Notes: generated from the letters alone by a model not told the origin. 64,000 nt of DNA from an uncultured Gammaproteobacteria bacterium (GCA_964449585.1 CAYUZE010000002.1:52833-116832), one strand, 5' to 3'; counted from the stretch's first letter, positions 36,624 to 47,294 are shown. A program made the numbers and translations.

Positions 36624-37853
36624 ATGAAAAAAATACGGAGTTTTGCCGCATCGCTTTCGTTGCCACAGCGAATCGGTGTGGTGCTTCTTTTGGTCGTCAT
36701 ATCGGCAATCATCGTTCCGCGTTTTCGTCGTGGTTCCTCGGCCGCTCCCCACAGAATCAGTAAGGGTGAAGTGGTGGAATCCATCGTCATAAGCGGCAAT
36801 GCAAACGCCGCGGATAATGCAAAAGTTTTTTCCCCCACAACGGGTATTGTTGAAGAACTGTACGTAAAAAACGGTGATTCGGTGACCGCAGGAACGGAAC
36901 TTCTCAAGGTAAAAAGTACGGCAATGGAAAATGAAAAAGCGGCAATGTTGGCACAGTATCAAGCCGCCGTTGCGAGTCTCAATGCCGCAAAGCAAACAAA
37001 AATATCTTTACAATCGAGTTTGGAATCCGGAAGAACGCTCGTTATCAACACTTCTATCGCCAAACAGCAGATGGATGAACGGCGTAACGAGGGAGGCGTC
37101 AATCCTGCTACGGGAGAAGCGTACAAACAGGACGAAATTGACGGTATTGTGTCCGCATATGAAAGCGCGAAAATCGCGTTTGCCGCCGCCGAGAAGAAAT
37201 ACCTGGATGCCGACGCGTCAATTGCGGCCGCACAAAGCGCCTTGAACGCCGCGCTCCTCGAGTATCAGGCATCGTTAAACGGTGTTATCAAAGCGCCCGT
37301 TTCCGGCGTTGTGGCTAATCTTGCGGTAGATACGGGGGATTATGTCCGCGCAAAATTCACCAATCCCGCCAGTACCGCGGAGGGGGATCCGGTGCTCAGG
37401 ATTCTTGCCGAGGGTGCGGTGACCGTTATGGTGAAACTTAATGAAATCGATATTTCGAAAGTGAAGACGGGACAACTCGCGAGTGTGCGTTTTGACGCAT
37501 TTCCAGAGAAAGAGTTCCCCGCTACCGTCGCGCGGGTAGATACCGTGGGAGAGAACGAAAACGCCGTCGTAACCTATAAGGCATATGTAGCACTGACGGA
37601 TGCCAATGATGATCGTGTGCGTCCGAGTATGACGGCAACCGTGGTTATAGAAACCGATCGTTTGCGCGATGTACTGGTTGTTCCCAATAGCGCGCTCACC
37701 CGAACGGAACAAGGCAAAACTGCCGTCCGTCGCCTGCAGGGTAATAGTGAGGTGACCGTCCCCGTAACGGTCGGCAAGAAAAACGGCTCGATCACGCAAA
37801 TACTCGACGGGGTCAATGAAGGGGACATGATTCTCATTCCGTCCGCCGAATAA
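36624..37853 (+). CDS. HlyD/MacA-type periplasmic adaptor (membrane fusion protein) of an ABC efflux system
   Basis: N-terminal TM anchor, a long coiled-coil (hairpin) segment and beta-barrel C-terminal motifs. First gene of a three-gene operon. Confidence 0.75.
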   Translation: MKKIRSFAASLSLPQRIGVVLLLVVISAIIVPRFRRGSSAAPHRISKGEVVESIVISGNANAADNAKVFSPTTGIVEELYVKNGDSVTAGTELLKVKSTAMENEKAAMLAQYQAAVASLNAAKQTKISLQSSLESGRTLVINTSIAKQQMDERRNEGGVNPATGEAYKQDEIDGIVSAYESAKIAFAAAEKKYLDADASIAAAQSALNAALLEYQASLNGVIKAPVSGVVANLAVDTGDYVRAKFTNPASTAEGDPVLRILAEGAVTVMVKLNEIDISKVKTGQLASVRFDAFPEKEFPATVARVDTVGENENAVVTYKAYVALTDANDDRVRPSMTATVVIETDRLRDVLVVPNSALTRTEQGKTAVRRLQGNSEVTVPVTVGKKNGSITQILDGVNEGDMILIPSAE

Positions 37854-37862
37854 TCTCAGGGT

Positions 37863-39131
37863 ATGAAAAACAAGCTAGACATGTTTTCCCTTGCGGTATC
37901 CGTTGGTTATTTCCTTGCTATTCGGGATATCAAGCGGGCGAGCATTTGGACAACGTTACTTATCACCTTTGTCATGATGCTGACATTCCTCAACCTCGTG
38001 GTTGTTCGGGGGATTCTGGTAGGCCTTACCGAGGGCTCCGTACGATCCTATCGGGAACGCTATACGGGAGATGTGTTACTCAGTACGCTCGACAAAAAAC
38101 AATACATTGAAGACAGTCATTTGCCCAGGGAAATCGCCGAACAGCTCCCGCAGGTACGAGCCGTGAGCGCACGGTACATCGCTTCGGGAACGATTGAAGC
38201 CGATTACAAGACCGTCGTGCGTCGTGATGAAGGAGCGGATACGGCAAATGCCGTCATGGTGGGCATTGACCCGGGACGTGAGGATGCATTGACCAATTTA
38301 TCACGACAGGTGATAAGCGGCAGATACCTCACCCCGGATGATCATGATGCGGTGTTGGTGGGCGTATCACTGCTTAGCAAGTATCAGTCCGCGGCGGGCA
38401 CCGGGACGGCGTCTTTGAAGACTGCCGATGTGGGAACACAGATCCGCCTTACGGTGAACGGGATTGTCAAAGAAGTAACGATCGTCGGCGTCGTCAAGGC
38501 AAAAGTAACAAATATAGATAGCCGAGTCTTTATGCTCGATAGGGAACTCCGTCCTTTGATAGGCAGAGATGATTTTAATGTTAATGAAATCGCTATCCGG
38601 GCAAACGGAAGGAGTTCGGAAAAGGAGATCGCGACAATTCTTTTGGGGAACGGCGTTGATGCACAGGCCAAAGTGCAGACGTGGCAGGAAGCACAGCCGC
38701 AGTTTATCCGTGATATCTCCGCGACCTTTGCCCTGCTTGGAGATTTAATCGGGAGCATCGGGCTCGCGGTAGCATCCATCACCATATTCATCGTCATTTT
38801 CGTCAATGCCATAACCCGCCGAAAGTTTATCGGTATTCTCAAAGGAATCGGCGTCAATTCACTTGCCATAGAATGTTCCTATGTATTTCAATCAATGTTT
38901 TATGCGCTTTCGGGATCGTTGTTGGGCCTTGTCGTCGTGTACGGACTTATGGTTCCGTATTTTGCGGACAATCCGATAAACTTTCCCTTTTCCGACGGTA
39001 TATTTGTAGCGGATGTGCCGGGGGTATTACTGAGAGTCGTCGTACTCTTCTTTGCGACTATTGCCGCGGGATATATACCCGCGCGCATCGTGGTCAAACA
39101 AAATACGCTCGACGCAATTTTAGGAAGATAA
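37863..39131 (+). CDS. FtsX/MacB-type ABC transporter permease
   Basis: 422 aa, TM1, a large extracytoplasmic domain and 3 C-terminal TM helices (FtsX fold). Confidence 0.8.
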   Translation: MKNKLDMFSLAVSVGYFLAIRDIKRASIWTTLLITFVMMLTFLNLVVVRGILVGLTEGSVRSYRERYTGDVLLSTLDKKQYIEDSHLPREIAEQLPQVRAVSARYIASGTIEADYKTVVRRDEGADTANAVMVGIDPGREDALTNLSRQVISGRYLTPDDHDAVLVGVSLLSKYQSAAGTGTASLKTADVGTQIRLTVNGIVKEVTIVGVVKAKVTNIDSRVFMLDRELRPLIGRDDFNVNEIAIRANGRSSEKEIATILLGNGVDAQAKVQTWQEAQPQFIRDISATFALLGDLIGSIGLAVASITIFIVIFVNAITRRKFIGILKGIGVNSLAIECSYVFQSMFYALSGSLLGLVVVYGLMVPYFADNPINFPFSDGIFVADVPGVLLRVVVLFFATIAAGYIPARIVVKQNTLDAILGR

Positions 39132-39133
39132 CT

Positions 39134-39826
39134 ATGATTCAGGCGATACATCTTATCAAGCAATATAAAACCGGGACGGGGAAAATCACGGTCTTAAACG
39201 ACATATCGCTGTCCGTGGCCCGCGGAGAATTTCTCGCGATTACGGGAAGATCCGGCTCGGGCAAAAGTACCCTGTTGTATCAGCTGAGTCTGCTGGATAC
39301 GCCGACCAGCGGTAAAGTGGTTCTTGATACACAGGATACCTCGGGATTTACCGACGATCAGCGTGTCAACTATCGGCTTCGTGAACTCGGATATGTTTTT
39401 CAGGATTATGCGCTCATTCCTTCGCTTACTGCCGCGGAAAATATCATGGCACCGCTTCTTATGTTGGGATACTCATCGTCCCGTGCCTATGGGACCGCCT
39501 CCGACGTGTTGGCTGAAGTGGGACTTGCGGATAAACGCGATAATTTACCCAGTCAGTTATCGGGCGGGCAACAACAGCGCGTGAGTATCGCCCGGGCGAT
39601 TGCTCATAAGCCGAAAATTATTTTTGCGGATGAACCGACCGCCAATTTGGACAGTGAAACGTCGGAGCAGGTACTTCAGACATTTCTTAAGATTCATAAG
39701 CAAGGACAGACGATTGTTATGGTAACGCATGAGGAAGAATATACGCATATGATGGATCGCGTTATTACGCTTTCTGACGGGCGAATCATCCAAAATAAAA
39801 AATCCCGGTCCCCGCGCAAAAAGTAA
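39134..39826 (+). CDS. ABC transporter ATP-binding protein (MacB/LolD-type)
   Basis: Walker A 'GRSGSGKST', signature 'LSGGQQQRV', Walker B 'IIFADEPT'. Start at the ATG at 39134, 3 nt after the permease stop. Confidence 0.9.
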   Translation: MIQAIHLIKQYKTGTGKITVLNDISLSVARGEFLAITGRSGSGKSTLLYQLSLLDTPTSGKVVLDTQDTSGFTDDQRVNYRLRELGYVFQDYALIPSLTAAENIMAPLLMLGYSSSRAYGTASDVLAEVGLADKRDNLPSQLSGGQQQRVSIARAIAHKPKIIFADEPTANLDSETSEQVLQTFLKIHKQGQTIVMVTHEEEYTHMMDRVITLSDGRIIQNKKSRSPRKK

Positions 39827-39889
39827 TCGAACGCTTCGTTTATTTATCTCCGACGGCTTGTTTCGTAGTGGTGCATTTGTTATACTCGC

Positions 39890-40072
39890 TTATGGAAATG
39901 CGATTGATCCCGACTATCATCGGGAAAGGCAGGGAAAAGAAATCTCAAAAATGAGAAAGTAGAATTCCTCGGGTAAGCCCGTTATAGCAGTTCAAGAAGC
40001 AACAAAGGTGGTACCACGATCGGTGTTTGCCGACTCGTCCTTTAGAGTATGATAGAAAGGACGGGTTTTTTT
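39890..40072 (+). promoter_or_regulatory. T-box riboswitch leader for ileS
   Basis: T-box sequence 'AACAAAGGTGGTACCACG' at 40001-40018. Terminator CGTCCTTT(40037-40044)-loop-AAAGGACG(40056-40063) plus a U-tract at 40066-40072 that abuts the start codon. Candidate Ile codon AUC in 'gaaAUCuca'. Candidate -10 TATACT at 39881-39886. Confidence 0.65.
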
Positions 40073-42916
40073 ATGGCAAAATTACGCAAAGATAATTTTC
40101 AGGAAAAGCTGGATATACCTGCCAGCGAGCACGATGTGCTGTCGTTTTGGGATGAATCCCATGCCTTTGAGCGTTCCGTTTCCGAACGCCCCGAAGACAA
40201 ACGGTACGTATTTTATGACGGCCCTCCCTTTGCCACCGGACTTCCTCACTACGGTCACATATTAGCTTCGACGATCAAAGACGTCATTCCGCGATACTGG
40301 ACGATGAAAGGATATCGGGTCGATCGGGTATGGGGATGGGATTGTCATGGGATTCCCATCGAGAACATGATCGAAAAAGAACTCGGCCTTGTCGGCGGCA
40401 AAAAAGGTATCGAAGCGATGGGGATCGATAAGTTCAACGCCGCATGCAGATCGGCCATTCTCCGTTTTGATACGGAATGGGAAAAAGTCATCCGCAGAAT
40501 CGGCAGATGGGTGGACTTTAAGCATTCCTATAAAACCATGGACGCGACGTTCATGGAATCCGTCTGGTGGGCGTTTAAGGAACTCACCAAAAAAGATCTG
40601 GTGTATGAGGGACGAAAAGTTATCCTGTATTGCCCGCGGTGTGCCACCCCGCTTTCTAACTTTGAAATTGCCATGGATAACAGTTACAAGGACATGAACG
40701 GTCCTTCCACCACCTACAAATATAAAGTGATCGGAGAAGAAAATACGTACTTACTCGCATGGTCAACAACCCCGTGGAATAAACTTGCCACTCCCGCGCT
40801 TGCCGTTAATCCGACCATGAAATACGTTAAAGTCAAACAAAAAGGGGAACAGTACATCTTGGCGGAAAGCACGCTGGGGATGTTGGACAATGATCCGTAT
40901 GAAGTTGTCGGGCACTACACGGGTGAGGATCTGGAAAAGCTTACGTTTGAGTTGCATTATGACTTTTATCCCCGGAAAGCCGGAGAACGCGCGGGAGTCG
41001 TGGTTGCCGATCCGTATGTTGCCGATGCGGAAGGCACGGGTATCGTCACGCTTGCCGTGTATGGCGAAGACGATTACCGCGTCATGACCAAGCATCATAT
41101 TCAGCTCGTCGAGCATGTCGATAGCGAAGGGAAAATGAAGCCCGAAGTGACTCCCTGGGCGGGGATGTTTATGCTCAAAGTAAATCCGCTGGTCAATGAG
41201 GATTTGGCAAAACGCGGTCTTATCTACCGCAATGAAGATCGACTCCACAGTGTTCCCGTGTGTTACCGCTGTGAGACGCGGCTGTATCATGCGCCCGTAC
41301 CCGCATGGTTTATCGATATCGCAAAACTCAAGGAAAAACTGATTGCGCAAAACGAGCAAATCAACTGGTACCCGGGACACTTAAAGCACGGACGTTTCGG
41401 CAAAGGATTGGAAACCGCACCGGATTGGAACATATCCCGTTCACGCTACTGGGGAACTCCGATGCCCGTTTGGGTGGACCCCGTGACCAATACCACCCGT
41501 GTCATCGGATCGCTCGAAGAACTGCGTACTTGGGCGGTCGATACCGACAAAGCAAATGCACTCACCGATATCCATCGGGAATTTCTGGATGACTTGGAAG
41601 TATGGGTGGATGACGCAAAGACGATCAAAGGCAAACGGATCCCCGAAGTCTTTGACTGTTGGGTGGAAAGCGGCAGTATGCCGTATGCTTCGCTTCACTA
41701 TCCGTTTGAGCACAAGAAAGAATTTGAAAGCGCACATCCTGCGCAATTTATCGCCGAATATATCGCACAGACACGCGCATGGTTTTATACGCTTCATGTG
41801 ATGTCGGTCGGGCTTTTCGGTACCCATACGTTTGAAAATGCGGTGACCACGGGAACGATCCTTGCCGAAGACGGCACGAAGATGAGTAAGTCCAAAAAGA
41901 ATTATCCGGATCCGTCGCTCCTTTTTGAAAAATACGGTGTCGATGCTCTGCGGTTTTACCTCATGGCGTCGGTTGTCATGAAAGCAGAGAACCTGAACTT
42001 TTCCGAAGACGGGGTAAAGGAAGTGTATCAGAAGGTTGTTTCGACCCTATGGAATGTGGTGAGTTTTTATAAACTGTATGTGAAAACGGCGGCGCCGACG
42101 GTTGCCCCCGTGCCCGTACACGTGCTCGACAAATGGATCATGAGCAAGCTTAATCGGCTTATCAGCGATACCACCGCATCGATGGACGGGTATGATACGA
42201 CGCTGACCTGCCGACTATTACTTGCGTTTATTACCGAACTGTCGACGTGGTATTTACGAAGAAGCAGAGCGCGACTGCAAACCGATACGACAGGGCAGGA
42301 AGTATTCGGTTGGGTGCTCGTCAACCTCGTGCGCCTCATGGCACCGGTAACGCCGTTTATCACCGAACTTATCTACCAAAACCTTGTTGACGGAGACGAA
42401 TCGGTACATCTTGCGTCCTGGCCGGTAGCTGATACGCCATTTATTGATGATTCCCTTGAGGAACAGATGACGTTTGTACAGACCATTGCGGAACTCGGCA
42501 ACGCCAAACGCAAGGAGCTCGGCATCCCGATACGGCAACCGCTGGCAAAGATTACGGTTTCATCCGCAACCCATACCGATTTAACGAGTGAGCTTATCTC
42601 GGTATTCCTTGAGGAACTTAACATAAAAACCGGTGAAGTAGTAAAAACCGACAAAGAACTTTCGGTGGCCGTGGACTCAACAATAACGCCGGAACTCAAG
42701 GCGGAGGGAGACAAACGAAAACTCGTCCGTGAGATTCAAATGCTAAGAAAAACGAAAGGTTGTAAAATAGACGAGAGGGTATCGCTGGTGCTTTCGAAAG
42801 AATATCAATCATTGCCCGAAACACTTCTTGAAGAAGTCAAAAACGACACGTTAGCAACCGACATCACATGGGGAGAAACTACGGACATAGTTACCGCGAC
42901 GCAGAGTACCACATAG
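40073..42916 (+). CDS. ileS: isoleucine--tRNA ligase (type 2/eukaryote-like form)
   Basis: 'FYDGPPFATGLPHYGHIL' (HIGH region) and 'KMSKSKKN'. 948 aa. Start taken at MAKLRK because the upstream in-frame Met lies inside the leader terminator. Confidence 0.9.
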   Translation: MAKLRKDNFQEKLDIPASEHDVLSFWDESHAFERSVSERPEDKRYVFYDGPPFATGLPHYGHILASTIKDVIPRYWTMKGYRVDRVWGWDCHGIPIENMIEKELGLVGGKKGIEAMGIDKFNAACRSAILRFDTEWEKVIRRIGRWVDFKHSYKTMDATFMESVWWAFKELTKKDLVYEGRKVILYCPRCATPLSNFEIAMDNSYKDMNGPSTTYKYKVIGEENTYLLAWSTTPWNKLATPALAVNPTMKYVKVKQKGEQYILAESTLGMLDNDPYEVVGHYTGEDLEKLTFELHYDFYPRKAGERAGVVVADPYVADAEGTGIVTLAVYGEDDYRVMTKHHIQLVEHVDSEGKMKPEVTPWAGMFMLKVNPLVNEDLAKRGLIYRNEDRLHSVPVCYRCETRLYHAPVPAWFIDIAKLKEKLIAQNEQINWYPGHLKHGRFGKGLETAPDWNISRSRYWGTPMPVWVDPVTNTTRVIGSLEELRTWAVDTDKANALTDIHREFLDDLEVWVDDAKTIKGKRIPEVFDCWVESGSMPYASLHYPFEHKKEFESAHPAQFIAEYIAQTRAWFYTLHVMSVGLFGTHTFENAVTTGTILAEDGTKMSKSKKNYPDPSLLFEKYGVDALRFYLMASVVMKAENLNFSEDGVKEVYQKVVSTLWNVVSFYKLYVKTAAPTVAPVPVHVLDKWIMSKLNRLISDTTASMDGYDTTLTCRLLLAFITELSTWYLRRSRARLQTDTTGQEVFGWVLVNLVRLMAPVTPFITELIYQNLVDGDESVHLASWPVADTPFIDDSLEEQMTFVQTIAELGNAKRKELGIPIRQPLAKITVSSATHTDLTSELISVFLEELNIKTGEVVKTDKELSVAVDSTITPELKAEGDKRKLVREIQMLRKTKGCKIDERVSLVLSKEYQSLPETLLEEVKNDTLATDITWGETTDIVTATQSTT

Positions 42917-43974
42917 ACTGGGTTGTCCTCTTGTCGCTGGTACTTTTGGGGCTTATCGGGCTTTTTAGCCTCATTACCACCAATGTCGGTCTGTTTTGGC
43001 AACAACTTTTCTTCCTTATTTTCGGCGGTGTGCTCATGTACGTCACTTCCAAACTCGATCCGATACTGCTTTGGTGGTTCGCACCCTACGGGTATGTGCT
43101 ATCGATCATCCTTCTGATCGCTTCATACTTCGGTGAGCCGATTCGCGGCTCGTCGCGGTGGATTTTCATATTCGGCATGCAACTGCAACCGTCGGAAGTT
43201 GTCAAACCGCTCGTGATTTTGTCGTTTGCCCGCATGGCGGTGATGTTTTCTCCCCGCATATGGCGATCGTTGCCGCTTCATCTGTTGGTATTCGGTATTC
43301 CGTTCCTTCTTGTTTTTCGGCAACCTGATTTAGGGACATCGCTTGTCTATGCCGCTTCTTGGGTGGCAATGCTTGTTGCAGGAGGATTTCCGTTAATCCT
43401 CTTCGGTTTGGGAGGATTGATCGGGATCATCGGCTTCCCGCTTTTCTGGAAAGCACTTGCCGCATATCAGAAAGCCCGGATTTTTACCTTCTTAAACCCT
43501 GCCACCGACCCCCAGGGTGCGGGCTACAATGCGTTGCAGGCCATGATAGCGGTAGGGAGCGGCCAACTCTTCGGCAGGGGACTCGGCATGGGCACGCAAA
43601 GTCATCTGCGTTTTCTTCCCGAGTATCATACGGATTTTATTTTTGCCACCCTCATTGAAGAACTCGGATTCGTGGGCGGGTGTATCCTGCTTTTTCTCTA
43701 CGCCGTCCTCTTGTGGCAACTTATCCGACCCTATGTGAAGGGCAGGATCGGCAACCCGTTTGTCTTTTTTTACACCATAGGACTTTTTGGGGTGTTGCTG
43801 ACGCAAGTCGTCATTAACGCGGGTATGAACATGGGGATTATCCCCGTTACGGGTATTACTCTGCCGTTCGTTTCCTACGGGGGAAGCTCGATTTTGTCGC
43901 TTTGCATAGCCTTCGGATTCCTCCTGGCGCTTCGCCGACAGGGCGAAGATAACGGGAGCATTGCAATTGGATAG
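42868..43974 (+). CDS. rodA: SEDS-family protein (RodA-like), second copy
   Basis: 368 aa, polytopic, 'TDFIFATLIEELGFVGG' and 'IPVTGITLPFVSYGGSS' SEDS motifs. Start uncertain: the 42868 start overlaps ileS by 49 nt. Confidence 0.75.
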   Translation: MGRNYGHSYRDAEYHIDWVVLLSLVLLGLIGLFSLITTNVGLFWQQLFFLIFGGVLMYVTSKLDPILLWWFAPYGYVLSIILLIASYFGEPIRGSSRWIFIFGMQLQPSEVVKPLVILSFARMAVMFSPRIWRSLPLHLLVFGIPFLLVFRQPDLGTSLVYAASWVAMLVAGGFPLILFGLGGLIGIIGFPLFWKALAAYQKARIFTFLNPATDPQGAGYNALQAMIAVGSGQLFGRGLGMGTQSHLRFLPEYHTDFIFATLIEELGFVGGCILLFLYAVLLWQLIRPYVKGRIGNPFVFFYTIGLFGVLLTQVVINAGMNMGIIPVTGITLPFVSYGGSSILSLCIAFGFLLALRRQGEDNGSIAIG

Positions 43975-43998
43975 GCTGAAGCTATATAATATGTACCT

Positions 43999-44307
43999 AT
44001 GTTCGCTATTGTAAGAATCGGTAACAAACAATATAAGGTCAGTGAGAAGTCGGTTATCACCGTCGATAAGATTGACGGCAAAGCCGGCGACAAAGTCGAA
44101 TTCACCGACGTCCTTCTCGTACAGGACGGTAAAAAGGTTCAAGTCGGCAAGCCCACGGTTAGCGGTGCGAAAGTGACTGCAACCATTATTGCCCAGGAAA
44201 AAGGCGAAAAGATCGATATCCACCGCTTTAAGTCTAAGGTGCGATACCGACGTGCGCGAGGATTCCGTGCACAGTTGACCAGGCTTGAGGTGACGGCAGT
44301 CGCCTGA
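43999..44307 (+). CDS. rplU: 50S ribosomal protein L21
   Basis: 'MFAIVRIGNKQYKVSEKSVITVDKI...', 102 aa. Confidence 0.9.
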   Translation: MFAIVRIGNKQYKVSEKSVITVDKIDGKAGDKVEFTDVLLVQDGKKVQVGKPTVSGAKVTATIIAQEKGEKIDIHRFKSKVRYRRARGFRAQLTRLEVTAVA

Positions 44308-44310
44308 TGC

Positions 44311-45462
44311 ATGAAACAAACCCTCTTTATTTTTGGAAGAACTCCCGACTTGTCTTTTTTGGAGTTGTCGTCGTTGTATCCGACCGCAAGCCTCATCGCG
44401 CCCGGTATTGCGAGTGTCCCTGATTTTTCCGACAATCCCGCCGACATCATGCAACGACTCGGAGGAACGGTCAAAATCGTGACGGCAAATGATGAAATCG
44501 AGGAGTATTCGGAAGATCTCCTCGTATCGGTCCTTCTTGAAGAAACCCGCGATAATCATATAACGTTCGGTATCAGTGCCTACGGTACGCAGGTGTCTCA
44601 TGGTCTTACGGCCGCCGTAAAGAAACGATTAACCGAACGGGGAATCATAGCCCGCTATGTCGAGACGAAACACGATGAGGCACTCTCGAGTGTCGTTGTC
44701 GCCAAACAACAGGTGGTTGAGCTGGTGATTATAAAAGTCGGGAAACAAAATCGCATCGGGGTAACCCGGGCGGTACAGGATTTTGAAGACTGGAATAAGC
44801 GGGATTTCGGCAGACCTGCCGTTGATCCCAAGGCGGGAATGTTACCCCCGAAGGTTGCCCGAATGATCGTCAATATCGCAATAGCCGCGCATGATTCTTC
44901 TCATACGACTATGCTTCTGGATCCGTTTTGCGGCGTGGGAACGGTTCTTGCCGAAGCATTGTTGCGGGGATCAAACGTCGTGGGGTGCGACATTTCCGAA
45001 GATGCCGTCGGTCACACCAAGAAAAATCTTGAATGGCTCCGCAAAAATTACCCGGTGGCATCACCGCTCTATGCCAACGTATTTGTCGGCGACGCAACAC
45101 ATATATCCAAACATGTCGCGCCGGCAAGTATTGATGCGATAGTCACCGAACCGTTTATGGGGGAACCCGTGGATACCAAAAACATCGCCGTTCTCACTCC
45201 CGAGCGAGTTAAAAATGTGCTGAAAGGACTTGAGAAACTCTATATCGGCGCACTCAAAGATTGGGCACTGGTAATGAAAAAAGGCGGCAGAATTGTGATG
45301 GCTATGCCTGCATATGCAACCCAGCGCGCGGTGATGCGCGTGAAAAATGTTGTTGACAGATGTGAAAGCCTCGGATATACTCTCATGGCTGGACCTATAG
45401 AATATAGCCGTCCGCAAGCAGTCGTAAAACGCGAGTTTTACGTTTTTCAAAAGAGTAAGTAA
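44311..45462 (+). CDS. THUMP-like/UPF0020-family RNA (guanine-N2) methyltransferase candidate
   Basis: 'LLDPFCGVGTVLAEA' (motif I) and 'DAIVTEPFMGEP' (DPPY-like motif IV) preceded by a ~180-aa N-domain. Located between rplU and rpmA. Confidence 0.55.
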   Translation: MKQTLFIFGRTPDLSFLELSSLYPTASLIAPGIASVPDFSDNPADIMQRLGGTVKIVTANDEIEEYSEDLLVSVLLEETRDNHITFGISAYGTQVSHGLTAAVKKRLTERGIIARYVETKHDEALSSVVVAKQQVVELVIIKVGKQNRIGVTRAVQDFEDWNKRDFGRPAVDPKAGMLPPKVARMIVNIAIAAHDSSHTTMLLDPFCGVGTVLAEALLRGSNVVGCDISEDAVGHTKKNLEWLRKNYPVASPLYANVFVGDATHISKHVAPASIDAIVTEPFMGEPVDTKNIAVLTPERVKNVLKGLEKLYIGALKDWALVMKKGGRIVMAMPAYATQRAVMRVKNVVDRCESLGYTLMAGPIEYSRPQAVVKREFYVFQKSK

Positions 45463-45509
45463 TCGGGTTTTTCGGTGGTGATTTTACAAATTAGTTTGTT
45501 AAAAGTTAT

Positions 45510-45770
45510 ATGGCACACGTAAAAGCAGGCGGTACCGCAAAAGGCAACAAAGATTCAATTTCGAAGCGTCTAGGCGTGAAGATTTATGGCGGCCAGAATT
45601 GTATTTCCGGCAACGTCATCGTCCGACAGAAGGGGACGAAGTTCTATCCGGGCAACGGCACAGACATGGGAAAAGATTATACGATCTTTGCCACAATGTC
45701 TGGCGTGGTTTCTTTTATCACAAAACGTGGTAAACGGTACGTGTCGGTCTTGCCCTCGCACGAAAAATAA
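45510..45770 (+). CDS. rpmA: 50S ribosomal protein L27
   Basis: 'MAHVKAGGTAKGNKDSISKRLGVKIYGGQ'. No Firmicutes-type N-terminal propeptide. Confidence 0.9.
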   Translation: MAHVKAGGTAKGNKDSISKRLGVKIYGGQNCISGNVIVRQKGTKFYPGNGTDMGKDYTIFATMSGVVSFITKRGKRYVSVLPSHEK

Positions 45771-46583
45771 ATGGCAGACACCCAACAGATCCTTCATTTA
45801 GACCTGGACTTATTGCAACCGAACCCGCTCCAGCCGCGGGGACTTATCGCTCCCGACCTCCTTGCTGACCTCGTCGATTCCATCAAAGAACACGGCATTA
45901 TCGAACCGCTCGTTGTGGCTAAGACACCTGCGGGATATCAGATCATTGCGGGAGAACGCCGCTGGCGAGCTTCAAAAATTGCCGGTCTTACCACGGTACC
46001 GGTGCTTATCAAGGAAACATCCGCCAAGGGGATGCTTGAAATGGCCATCGTGGAAAACGTGCAACGGGTTGATCTTAATCCGATCGATCGTGCGCTTGCG
46101 TTCCAACGATTAATCGAGGAATTCGGTCTTTCCGTAACCAGTATCGCCAAACGCATCGGGAAAAGCGAATCGTACGTTTCTAACACCATGCGCCTTTTGG
46201 CGCTTCCTGACGCAATCAAAGACGGACTCGTATCAAATGCCATCAGCGAAGGGCATGCCCGGGCGATTGCCGGCTTAAATGACGTCAAGCTCATGGTGGA
46301 CGCATACAAGACAATCCTTGCCGAGAGTGCGTCGGTGCGTCGAGCGGAAGACCTTGCCCGTCGCATGAAGGCAAAAAGCGAACAGTCACCCGCACATAAG
46401 ATCGAACGCATCCATAGTGATGACCTGGATTCCATTGCCCGTGACCTGGCGCAGTCGGTGAACGGACTGGTAAAGATCACCCAATCCAAAGTCGAAGCGC
46501 GCGTTGTGTTTGTGATTCGCGGTAACCTCGAAACCACAAGCCAAGCATTGAAGCACATGCACGAGAAAATGAGCGACAAATAA
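45771..46583 (+). CDS. parB: ParB/Spo0J-family partition protein
   Basis: 'IEPLVVAKTPAGYQIIAGERRWRASKIAGLTTVPVLI' is the ParB box. An HTH follows. Confidence 0.85.
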   Translation: MADTQQILHLDLDLLQPNPLQPRGLIAPDLLADLVDSIKEHGIIEPLVVAKTPAGYQIIAGERRWRASKIAGLTTVPVLIKETSAKGMLEMAIVENVQRVDLNPIDRALAFQRLIEEFGLSVTSIAKRIGKSESYVSNTMRLLALPDAIKDGLVSNAISEGHARAIAGLNDVKLMVDAYKTILAESASVRRAEDLARRMKAKSEQSPAHKIERIHSDDLDSIARDLAQSVNGLVKITQSKVEARVVFVIRGNLETTSQALKHMHEKMSDK

Positions 46584-46623
46584 GCGATAATTCCCCGTCG
46601 CGAAAGAAAAGCAATTTCCCTTT

Positions 46624-47187
46624 TTAGAAGTCGTAGGTGGGGTGCGGGATAATACCTGCCGAGTTGGTCGGCCAATAGCGGAGGAGTGCTTTGCCGATGA
46701 AATCGTATTTGGATACCGGACCGAATTCGCGCGAATCGGAACTTCCCGGTCGATTGTCTCCGCTGACAAAATAGAACCCTTCCGGAACGACAATTTCGAC
46801 CCCTTCCTGCAAAAACGATCCGCCATAGACGGGCTTATTGTAGTTGTAGCGCTCCTCAAGAAGTTTCCCATTTATATAAAATTTCTGATCCTTGAGCATG
46901 ACCGTTTCACCGGGTAATCCGATCACGCGCTTAATATAATCGATGTCTTTGTTGGTGGGGGATTTAAATATGACGATATCACCGCGGGCGGGATTGGTCA
47001 TTTTGTATGCGATTTTATTGGTGAGGATATAGTCGCCGTTATGGAAATTCGGCTCCATGGAATGTCCGCTTACTTCCTGTGGGGACATGACAAACAGATA
47101 AATCATAACCATGACCGCGGCGATAGCCACAATCCCTTGGAGGAAATCAAAAAAACCCGCAATCATCTTTCCGAGCCATTTCAACAT
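46624..47187 (-). CDS. lepB: signal peptidase I
   Basis: TM helix then catalytic Ser in 'VSGHSMEPNF', Lys in 'IKRVIGLPGE' and C-terminal 'GDNRPGSSDSR'. Confidence 0.85.
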   Translation of the reverse strand: MLKWLGKMIAGFFDFLQGIVAIAAVMVMIYLFVMSPQEVSGHSMEPNFHNGDYILTNKIAYKMTNPARGDIVIFKSPTNKDIDYIKRVIGLPGETVMLKDQKFYINGKLLEERYNYNKPVYGGSFLQEGVEIVVPEGFYFVSGDNRPGSSDSREFGPVSKYDFIGKALLRYWPTNSAGIIPHPTYDF

Positions 47188-47294
47188 ATCTGTTTCCCAG
47201 TGTAGAGCACTCCTGGGAGGTGGTCAAGCGGGGGAAAAGCGGGTATAATAGGGGTGAATACCGGGAAGGAAACATGCAAATTCCTACCGGGAAT

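Noticed and set aside
40049-40072. Upstream Met (MIERTGFFM...) as the ileS start
   Set aside because: These codons lie inside the T-box terminator hairpin and U-tract. The start was placed at ATG 40073.
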